Assembly: GCF_004010195.1 (NCBI RefSeq)
Contig: NC_057720.1
Location: 17,076,617-17,096,616, forward strand
DNA from: Chiloscyllium plagiosum
Lineage: Eukaryota
Direction: 5' to 3'
Length of the DNA: 20,000 bases
Shown one piece after another: positions 10,390 to 19,467 of the stretch. Under the pieces are notes generated by a model that saw only the letters and a list, made by a program, of their open reading frames with translations, was not told the origin of the DNA and made no database searches. The first letter of the stretch is position 1, and each line of letters begins with the position of its first letter. The position numbers and the translations under genes were made by a program.

Positions 10390-11117
10390 AACCTTTCCAT
10401 ATAGGACAGGTATTAGTCTGGTATATGTTCTATGAATTACCTCCAGCACATTTACAGCCTTCCTGAAATAAGCAGACCAATGCTATGCATAGTTTCAGCT
10501 GCAGTCCCACCAGTGTCCTGTACAGCTGAAGCACAACCTTCCTACTCTTATATTCAATTCTGCTTGTTATAAATGATAACTTACTCCTAACTTTCCTAAT
10601 TACTTGCTATGCCAGCATACTCATCTTTTGTGACTCATGTACAAGGATACCCAGATGCCTCTGCATCTCTGCTCAGCAACTTTACCTCTTTCTTTCTTGC
10701 TGCCAAAATAGACTATTTCATATTTTCCCAGATTGTACTCCATTTGCCACATTTTTGTTCAACACTTAATCTATCTATGCAATTCTATAACTTCCTTATA
10801 TATTTTCTTAATTTCCTACCTATTTTGTGGCATCAGCAAATTTTGTAACCATCTCCTTCCATCCCTTCCGCTAAGTCATTTTTCAAATTATAAATAACGG
10901 ATTCCTATGGCACATCATTGGTTACATCGTGCCAATCTAAAAAAAGACCCATTTTTGTCTATGTTTTGTTTTCTGTTAGCTAGCCAAACTTCTATCATTA
11001 ACAATATACTTGAATCTTCTGTAGGGAAGACTGATATAAATCATCTGTTCAATTAATCTTCCATTTGCTTTTTTTTCAATTATTAATTCTTCAGTCTGAC
11101 TTTAGAACAACTCATTT

Positions 11118-11208
11118 AGACTCAAAACGTTAGTGCTCTCTCTCTCTCTTTCTCTCTCCATGGATGCTCTTTGACCCACTGTGATGTCCAGTATTTGTTG
11201 TTTCCAGT
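11118..11208 (+). mobile_element. Short Penelope-terminal fragment (3' half of hammerhead motif) with (CT)n
   Basis: agactc-aaaacgtta...ggatgctctttgacccactgtgatgtccag. 8-bp flanking repeat ACTCATTT (11110-11117, 11209-11216). Confidence 0.6.
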
Positions 11209-11240
11209 ACTCATTTTTTGACTTCTTCTTTAAGCATTTA

Positions 11241-12328
11241 CCATGTATACGCATGTAAAAGTCTAATTTTTTAGACTATTTTTAAAGGTTCAATTTATAG
11301 GATCGACTATTACGTGTGTACTAGTTTTGAGGGGCTGAAATTCATGCAGCAGTTTGAAATACTGTATTGCTAACAGAAGTCGAATTGCTCACTCAACTAA
11401 TCCCGGGTAAAGAAGAAAAATACAATGAATTACAGTAAAGGAAATTATTGGATAAAAGCAAGCATGTATTACTGGTAGTAAATTTTATTTATACATACTG
11501 GTACGAAAATTTAATATGTCAAAGATTCATTGAAATCCTGCAAAATCACACTATTCAACATTGTCATGGCCTGGTATATTGGCTCACCTAAAATGAAGCA
11601 TTTATTAAAATCTGAATGTGTAAGCATCTTTAAATTTACCGCCAAATTCTTCTGTTTCCCTCCCATTTACTCAGCAACATTAACAAATTTGGCAAAGAAT
11701 TAAGGATATATGTTGCTATATATCTCACTTTTATTCAGATATAATGGCACAATGAAAATGACTAACTTTTTAACGATATTAACTTTTGGATGTATAGTGA
11801 AAAAAGTGTGATAAGTATCGACAGACTTAGTACCGGTCTGAATGAATGAATCAATCAAAACGTGCTGTAATAAACCAAGTGGGCCAAGTAGAGTTATGAA
11901 TGAATGAATAGAGACACAATATAGTAAACAAAGAGTGATGCGATTTGTGGCATCAACAAATTTTGTAACCATCTCCTTCCATTCCTTCCACTAAGTCATT
12001 TTTCAAATTATAAATAACTGATTCCTATGACAGATCACTGGTTACATTGTGTCAATCTAAAAAAAGACCCATTTTTGTCTATGTTACGTTTTCTGTTAGC
12101 TAGCCAAACTTCTATCATTAACAATATACTTGAATCAATTTTCACTTTGTTGTTGTGATTTCGTTTAAGTGGGTTAATGGGAACAAGCAGTTTCCTTTGT
12201 AAGAGATTTATAATGTGATATAGTAGGGTTGACTTTTTACACGAGATATATGGAAAATACAAAATTTCTTGGCCAAAAATAAGGGGTTGATTTTTGCATG
12301 AGATCGACTTTTACACAAGTATATGTGG
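11241..12328. mobile_element. Non-autonomous Tc1/mariner-superfamily (Tc2/Kanga-like) DNA transposon
   Basis: TA on both sides. Left end CCATGTATACGCATGTAAAAGTCTA vs reverse complement of right end CCACATATACTTGTGTAAAAGTCGA (19/25). Subterminal (TC)GACT..TAC repeats. No transposase ORF. Confidence 0.7.
11944..12136 (+). repeat. 193-bp direct copy of 10824-11016
   Basis: Manual alignment: ungapped, 11 mismatches (~94%). Confidence 0.95.
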
Positions 12329-12823
12329 TATAGAAATTCTTGTTCTCTGTTCTAAAATTTCTGGTTAGCTATCTCTCATTCTCTATTTTTTCTTCTGTTT
12401 TTATCATTCTTTGCTGCTTTTATATTCTGTCCTACCTTCTGACCTACCACCTCTCTAGCACAATTACATACCCTTTCTTTAAGCTTGATACCATCTTTAA
12501 CATTTCTAGTTAACCATAATGGTGGGTCCATTCCTTGAAATTTTTCTTATTTTACAGAATGTATCTATTTTGTATATTCTGAAATATCCAGTTAAGAGTC
12601 TGCCATTGCATCTCTATTGACCTAACCTTTAATTTAATTTACGAATTCACTTTAGCCAGCTCGGCTTTCATGGCCTTATATAATTGTTATAAATTTACCT
12701 TGAACCACACCTCCCCCTTGAGCAGAATGTAAAATTAAATTCTATTACAGTACCTAGAGTTGCCTTCACTATCAGGTTACTAATTAATCCTCTAATTACT
12801 CAATACAATATCTGCACAGTCTC

Positions 12824-13186
12824 GAGGAGGCAATGGCCCGGTGGTATTATTGCTAGGCCATTAATCCAGAAACTCAGCTAATGCTCTGGGGAACTGGGTT
12901 CAAATTCCACCATGGCAGATGATGGAATTTGAATTCAAAAAAGAATCTGGAATTAAGGGTCTGATGATGACCATTGCTGATTGTTGAAAAAAACCCATCT
13001 GGTTCACTGATGCCCTTTAGGGAAGTAAACCTGTCATTTTTGCCTGGTCTGGCCTACATATGACCCCAGGCCCACTGTAATGAGATCAACTATTAACTGC
13101 TCTCTGGGAAATTAGGGATGGGCAATAAATGCTGGTCTTGGCCAAAGACACTCTCATCCTTTGAGTGAAAAGAAAAAAATGAATAA
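12824..13186 (+). mobile_element. Full-length tRNA-derived SINE with L2-like 3' tail
   Basis: A box TGGCCCGGTGG, B box GGTTCAAATTC. 3' end aattagggatgggcaataaatgctgg...catcc..gaa followed by an A-rich tail. Confidence 0.8.
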
Positions 13187-14102
13187 GTCACTCTCTAGTC
13201 AGCTCAGAATATGATGTTCTAAGAAACAATCCTGAAAACACTCTCTGAACCCCTCACTCAAGCTACTTTTCCAGTCTATATATCGATTAAAATCTCCCAT
13301 GACTATAATCATACCTTCCTGACAAGCTCTAATTATTTCTTCTTTTCTGCCTATTGTGTGCTGTTAGGGGTCTTTACAGCATTCCCTCCAGTAATTACTT
13401 ACCTTTCTAATTGCTATCCAAACTGTTTCTGTATCATGGTTTCCTGAACTTAAGTCATTCCTGTCTATTGTGTTAACACCATCATTAACCAACAGAGCTA
13501 GCCCTCCATCTTTTCCTCTTTTCCTGTCACTCCCAAATGTCCTCTACCCTTCAACATTCAGGTCCTGATCTATGGAACTCCATAGCTATCATTATAATAG
13601 CTACTAGATTGTACTTATTCATTTCTATTTGTGCTTTCAGTTCATCTGTTGTGTTTCGAAGGCTACGTGTAATCAAATACTCAGCCTTTAATTTTATACA
13701 TTTACTCTCTTTGAAAATTCTAGACTTATCTGTTGGTTGACTCATAGATTCATACGTCTATTCCTTCTTATCACAGTCTGTTTACCATTTCCTGCATTAT
13801 TACATTCTCTTTAGCCTTGGCACTGCTCTATGATATGCCACATCTTCTCAAATTTGATCACTTGCTCTTGTTATTCAGTTTGAAATACTCTCCACTTCCC
13901 TAAATGTACAGTTGGCAAGTGTACCAGCCCCGGCACAGTTTAGATGGAGACCATCCCGTCTGTATAGAGCCCATTTTCCTGATTACTGGCACCAGTACTC
14001 CATGAACAGGAACCCACTTCTCTCACATCAGTCTTTCGGCTACGCGTTCAACTCTCTTATCTGATTTGCTAATTTGCACTTGGCTCAGGTAATACTGAAG
14101 AG

Positions 14103-14834
14103 ATAGAACATAGAACATAGAAGAATACAGCGCAGTACAGGCCCTTTGGCCCTCGATGTTGCGCCGATCCAAGCCCACCTAACCTATACTAACCCACTAT
14201 CCTCCATATACCTATCCAATGCCCGCTTAAATGCCCATAAAGAGGGAGAGTCCACCACTGCTGCTGGCAGGGCATTCCATGAACTTACGACTCGCTGAGT
14301 GAAGAACCTACCCCTAACTTCAGTCCTATATCTACCCCCCCTTAATTTAAAGCTATGCCCCCTTGTAATACCCGACTCCATACGCGGGAAAAGGTTCACA
14401 CTGTCAACCCTATCTAACCCCCTAATCATCTTGTACACCTCAATCAAGTCACCCCTAAACCTTCTTTTCTCTAATGAAAACAGCCCCAAGTGTCTCAGTC
14501 TATCCTCATACGATCTTCCTTCCATACCAGGCAACATCCTGGTAAACCTCCTCTGCACCCGTTCCAGTGCCTCCACATCCTTCCTATAGTATGGCGACCA
14601 AAACTGCACACAATATTCCAGATGCGGCCGCACCAGAGTTTTATACAACTGCATCATGACCTCAGGACTCCGGAACTCAATTCCTCTACCAATAAAAGCC
14701 AGTACGCCATATGCCTTCCTCACCGCACTATTTACCTGGGTGGCAACTTTCAGAGATCTGTGTACATGGACACCAAGATCCCTCTGCTCCTCCACACTAC
14801 CAAGTATCCGACCATTAGCCAAGTACCCCATCTT
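14103..14834 (-). mobile_element. Young 5'-truncated CR1/HER1-like LINE with uninterrupted ORF2 C-terminus (14184-14831)
   Basis: 215 open codons (EQRDLGVHVHRSLK, YKTLVRPHLEYCVQFWSP, RGDLIEVYK, FFTQRVVSSWNALP). CpGs retained. (TTCTATG)n tail reads atagaacatagaacatagaa on +. Confidence 0.95.
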
Positions 14835-15141
14835 TGTACAGTTGGCACCAGTACTCCATGATTATGAGTTTGAGTTAATTTGGCAATGAACTCCTTGAAC
14901 TGACTATGCAGGACCTCTTTGTTTGTCTTGCCTATGTTATTGGTACTCACGGGGACCACGATGACCGGATCCTTTGTCTCCCATTCCCCAAGTTTCTCTT
15001 TAGCCCTGGGCAGATGTCCTGATCCCTGGCCCTATACAAGGCCTTATCAATGCAATTGCCACCTGAAGGGTGTTACATCACTCGTAAGCAAAGCCCACAT
15101 CCTGAAATGGAAAGTCCTACTTGCCCCTGGTGTTACTGCAG

Positions 15142-15262
15142 GGAGAAAGTGAGGACTGCAGGTGCTAGACGTCAGAGTCAAAACGTGTGGTCAAAACATC
15201 AGCTCTCCTGCTCCTCGGCTGCTGCCTGACCTGCTGTGCTTTTCCAGCACCACACCTTTCAA
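15142..15262. mobile_element. Rearranged Penelope-terminal insertion (inverted + forward piece)
   Basis: ggagaaagtgaggactgcag.. is the reverse complement of the 3' end of the 10193 element. It is followed by forward ctcctgctcctcgg.tgctgcctgacctgctgtgc. Flanking repeats 15125-15141 / 15263-15279 (16/17). Confidence 0.75.
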
Positions 15263-15494
15263 CCCTGGTGTAACTGCAGCCAGTTTTCATTTCCAGTGTG
15301 TGGTTGCGATTTGGATGACGATGGAGGGCAGCATATGTCATGCCCAATAGAGTGGGTCACAGGCTCATCCTGGTAACCCAGGAGCCACCCAAATTTCTCA
15401 CCTGGAGTGCTGTATGCTGTTGCAGTCTCCTTCTCTCAGAAAAGATATTATTGCCATCATGGCAGTGCATTGAATACTCACCAGACTTGTTCCG

Positions 15495-15872
15495 GAGGAT
15501 GGTAGGACTGTCCTCATTGAAACTTACAAAATATCTAAAAGGACCAGCAGAGTAGATGCAAGAAAGATGTTCCTTAAATCTTTGGCAAGTCTTGAACTGG
15601 GAGCAGAATTTAAAAATTAAAGAGATTGCCAGTTAGATCCAAGATGAGTGGAAAACCTTTTACTCAGAGGATTGTGAATGTTGTACCACAGAGGACTGTG
15701 GAAACTCAGTCTTTGAGTATATTTTAGGCAGAGATTAATAAATTTCTGACTCCCAGTGCTGTAGGGATAGTGTGAGTCAAAGGCATGAAAATGTGTGATC
15801 AGCCATTGTTGTTTTAAATGGTGAGGCAGGCTTGAGGGGCTGAATGGCCTACTCCTGTCTGTATGATCCTTA
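15495..15872 (+). mobile_element. Old CR1 3' end fragment
   Basis: ctcattgaaacttacaaaat (LIETYK), tttactcagaggattgtgaat (FTQRIVN), and 3' UTR gcaggcttgaggggctgaatggcctactcctg. Confidence 0.8.
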
Positions 15873-16431
15873 TCTTCATGTTCCCTTCTTCCTTACACAC
15901 TCAGCTGATCCCATCAGTTCTAACTTTCACACATTCCTTTCCATCTCTTTAATTTAAATCTTCATCTCCCAAAACCAGCTCCTGAACAGCAACTTAGTCA
16001 TGCCAACCATCATGCTGCATTAACTCCCTGCCGAAGCCAGGATGGTGGTGACTGTCAATAACCCCTTCCTGCAATAACCCATGTATGTCAATGCCCTATT
16101 AACCTCTACCCTTATATGTTGAGTTGCCCTCATCACAATTATTGTCCCCTCTATATCACAACACACTGTCTCCAATCCCCACAGTTGACTGAGATCGACC
16201 TTTGCCCCTGATTGACTGGAGGCATCTCCTGAGGATGTGTCCTTTGACTTGACCAAGAACTACTTAGAATGTGAGACATGGCCATGTGGTTGGAAAGCAT
16301 GCAATGAGATTTGTGTGTAAGCTGCTGGCACATGGTGTAGATAGGTGATGTAGCCTAGTGCCAAATAGCAACATGTTCACCCTCTTGACTGATCTCTGAT
16401 GACAACAGTACAACCATGGCTTAGTGTTTCC

Positions 16432-17331
16432 TGTTGCAGACCCGAACTACTGTGAGCCTGTAAATTCTGAATGAAATGGGAAAAGGCAAAAGCACAAGTG
16501 TAGTGATTGGGACCAGGCGGACCACGTTAACTACGAGGTTCATGATTGGGGTTGTTAAACTGGGTCAGTCAGGAAAGCCTTGGCTGACCAATATAACCAG
16601 GAGATTAGAATCTTCTCAGTTCAGAAACATGAGGATCAGGAGGAGGAGGAGGATCAGGAGAAGGAGGATCAGGAGGAGGAGGATCAGGAAAAGGAGGAGG
16701 ATCAGGAGGAGGAGGATCAGGAGAAGGAGGAGGATCAGGAGAAGGAGGAGGATCAGGAGAAGGAGAAGGATCAGGAGGAGGAGGATCAGGAGAAGGAGGA
16801 GGATCAGGAGAAGGAGGAGGATCAGGAGGAGGAGGATCAGGAGAAGGAGGAGGATCAGAAGAAGGAGGATCTGGAGGTGGAGGAGGATGAGGAGGAGGAT
16901 CAGGAAGAGGAAGATCAGGAGGGAGGAGGATCAGAAGAAGGAGGAGGATCAGGAGGAAGAGGAGGATCAGGAGGAGGAGGATCAGGAGGAGGATGATCAG
17001 GAAGAGGAGGAGGATCAGGATCAGGAGGAGGATCAGGAGGATCTAGGGAATACATTTACCAGTGCTGCTGCTGCTCCTGTTGCAGCCTGGACTTACTTCT
17101 TCTGCTGCAGCCTGGGCTTCTCTAATTTCTGGGCCTGCTTCTATTGCTGCAGCTTGGGCCACACCTACACCTGCGGCCTGTTGTTGGTGCCAAAACAAAT
17201 GTAAATAGGGATTTAGAATCTCCTCAGTTCAGGAGGACTGACTCCGAGCTGGCTGGCCAGTGTACTGTACTGTGCACTCGTAAATGAAGGGTGACTTAGT
17301 GATGGGACACTGGCCTCTGTGCAGTTACTTC
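16432..17331 (+). mobile_element. Probable solo LTR, interrupted by an ~575-bp insert
   Basis: TG start, CCAAT/TATA-like ccaatataacc at ~16588, degenerate poly(A) signal aatgaa at ~17283, and U5-like gggtgacttagtgatgggacactggcctctgtgcagttac. Recalled similarity to shark LTRs only. No clean terminal CA. Confidence 0.4.
16631..17043. repeat. Purine-rich tandem repeat of 15-18-bp units (GAG/AAG)n-GAT-CAG
   Basis: Seen directly. Reads EEEEDQ, RRRRI or GGGS depending on frame. Confidence 0.95.
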
Positions 17332-17871
17332 CTCAAGTCAAAGCAGAGATTCTGTGTGCAAGTTCAATGAGCACTAAGTGAACAAGCCAAGAGTCCCTAG
17401 GTGCAACCAGCTCCAATCCATGGAGATGGATGCTTGTCCATGTATACAAAATGGCCTGGCAGCAGCATTACAATGGAAGGTGTCTGTGAACTTTGAAGTG
17501 CAATATTGAAGTGAATACCATGGATCAGGGATTTGTCATAATGACATGGTAAGGCTGGGGCATGGTGGTGCAGATGGTTACTGCCAATGGAGATGCCCTG
17601 TGATGTTGGGAACTGTTGTCCAAAATGGGGGCACAGAGGAGCACATGATGACTTGGAGCCCGGTACTCACTCGGACTTTCATGTTGTGAATTGTCACTGT
17701 CTAGTTTCTCTCTCTGCCAGACGGCAGAATAGCAAATTGTTTTGAAATGAGTCAACATTTGGTAATAATAAAATGTTAATACGTGCAAATAGTCTGCTCA
17801 GTATTCATTAACAAGATTCTCACATCTCTGCACAAAACTTGGATGGAACATTGGACTTTTCTTTCTCAAAG

Positions 17872-17967
17872 TCCAAGATTCTCATCTTTCCAAATGTCCC
17901 ATAAGGGTCACCATTTCATACAATGTTCAGGGACTGGGGTTAAAACAAACCCTTGTTTTCACTCTGG
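17872..17967 (+). CDS. Candidate symmetric coding exon (96 bp)
   Basis: Acceptor ggacttttctttctcaaag, donor TGG|gtatgg. The phase-1 frame gives QDSHLSKCPIRVTISYNVQGLGLKQTLVFTL. The phase-2 frame is also open. Confidence 0.35.
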
Positions 17968-18116
17968 GTATGGGAAAATTTGTATGTTTTAAAGGTTTTC
18001 CTCATCTAACAGACAGGGAGAGAGGAAGAAGTGAAACAATTGCAGGTTCATTATTTTCCACTGACTTCTTAGCAACAGGTTCCTAAGCAGGAATTAACCT
18101 TCCAGACAATATATGT

Positions 18117-18875
18117 TTTAGATTTAGATTTAGATTTTATTGTCATGTGTTCTCAAGTATGGGGTACAAGAATATAGAGGAAAGTGCACAATGTCACCAC
18201 ATACTGCACCATCTCAGATACAAAGTACCCAAGGTACAAAATCTTAGTCGCAGAAGTAGAAAAATAAAGAAATAAGTTTAGATGCTCAGCACTACAGTTT
18301 TTCATAATATAAAAGTACAATAATATAGTTTAAGTCAAACATTACAGCCCTTTCCTAATCTGTGGGCCCGCAGACACTCCGAGCTGGACTTGCACCAAGA
18401 GGGCTCACTCTCCCCTGTGTTGGGCTAAGACCTGCCTGTGCTCACCAGCTGCCTTCATCGCCAACTGCTGCTCTATCGGACATGCTAGGTGTCTCCACAG
18501 CTCGCAACACTTCGGCACTGACTACTGTTTCACCGCTGACTGTAGCTTCTGTCGTCCTTTGTGATTGACAGCTGCTGCTGCTGCCACCTTTTGCCACCGC
18601 CATCTCATCGCTGACCGCCACTTCTGCCATCCTTTGCCATTGGCTATCGCCATTCGGGCCTGTCCTGGACCTCATCCTCTGCCACGCTCTGTTACCACGT
18701 TAGCTGCCTCGCTACAGAGTCCCACACTGATACGGCTCCAGACATGCACAAGGTGAATAGCAGAACAAAGGAAAACTAAAGTACTAAAAGAACAAAAGAG
18801 AGCAAAGAAGAAAGAAAGAAAAGTGATCAGAGCGGACAAACTCCGGTCAGGGGCCCCACTCCGACACCATTTGGG
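18117..18875 (-). mobile_element. Probable non-autonomous LINE derivative (Rex-Babar/L2-like ends)
   Basis: Minus strand ends ..acatgacAATAAA-(atctaa)n. The 5' end caaatggtgtcggag resembles a decayed CAAGATGGCG start. GC-rich degenerate triplet interior, no credible ORF. Confidence 0.4.
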
Positions 18876-18952
18876 GAAGGAAGGGAATGATGACAGCATT
18901 ACCCTCACAGACCTGGGGAAAAAAGCCCTTTTTTATTATGCTCCACATATTA

Positions 18953-19050
18953 CCCAATATACTTGAGTAATGGTCAATCTTGGGTAAGTGTCAAACCCTA
19001 AGTTTTGGCCAAAAAACATAATGGTTTTTATGAGTCAAATTTGGAGGTTC
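18953..19050 (+). mobile_element. Single end of a Tc2-like DNA transposon
   Basis: TA-CCCAATATACTTGAGTAATGGTCAA resembles the TIRs of 11241-12328. ttggccaaaaa motif shared. No partner TIR found. Confidence 0.35.
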
Positions 19051-19123
19051 TCCCCAAATCGTAGCTACCAATATCCAAACTATTTGTACTTAATGCCCAT
19101 TCACCTCTGGAGCCAAACATGCC

Positions 19124-19327
19124 CCAGTGTAAACTACTTGAATTGAATTTGATATTTTTAATCAACCTCTTCAGAGATGTAATTACACAACTCTGGGGTA
19201 AGTGTGCTGCCTGACCTGCTGTGCTGTTCCAGCAATAAAGTTTCAACCAGTGTAAACTACTTGAATTGAATTTGATATTTTTAATCAACCTCTTCAGAGA
19301 TGTAATTACACAACTCTGGGGTAAGTG
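19124..19327 (+). repeat. Perfect 81-bp direct repeat (19124-19204, 19247-19327) around a 42-bp Penelope-terminal fragment
   Basis: The two copies are identical by manual comparison. Insert tgctgcctgacctgctgtgctgttccagcaataaagtttcaa matches the motif in the 6275, 10193 and 15142 elements. Confidence 0.92.
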
Positions 19328-19467
19328 GGACTTGAACCCATATAATGTCATTGAAGACAGACATTCAGCTTCTAATATCTGCACACATAGTTTTGAGTCA
19401 CTTGGCACCACCTTTGTGGTGAGGGAGGCCTGAACAGTCTCCATCCAGCGACAGCAAGGTGAATCCT

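Larger units (their letters stand above)
9612..15040 (-). mobile_element. Ancient, fragmented, near-full-span CR1 LINE (3' UTR to ORF1) hosting many later insertions
   Basis: 3' UTR at 9612-9670 and from 9858. RT remnants (TKF.D, WLANRK). Endonuclease start IKLKAEYLITRSLRNTTDELKAQIE at ~13600-13700. ORF1 esterase-like remnants at 13920-14020 and VPVSTNNIGKTNKEVL at ~14910-14960. May be more than one copy. Confidence 0.75.

Noticed and set aside
11377..11406. 30-bp candidate micro-exon
   Set aside because: Lies within the TIR-bounded DNA transposon, with mediocre splice signals.
12961..12970. CTGATGA as another hammerhead core
   Set aside because: Inside a tRNA-SINE, with no stem II/GAAAC arrangement following.
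16631..17043. CRISPR-like array
   Set aside because: No unique spacers, eukaryotic context, no cas genes.
16476..17204. 242-aa Arg-rich and 138-aa Glu-rich ORFs as real genes (protamine-like or acidic protein)
   Set aside because: Both arise from the same tandem repeat, which lacks stop codons by composition. There is no supporting gene structure.
17940..18045. Strong minus-strand acceptor (ttcttcctctctccctgtctgttag)
   Set aside because: All three downstream frames stop quickly and there is no convincing donor.
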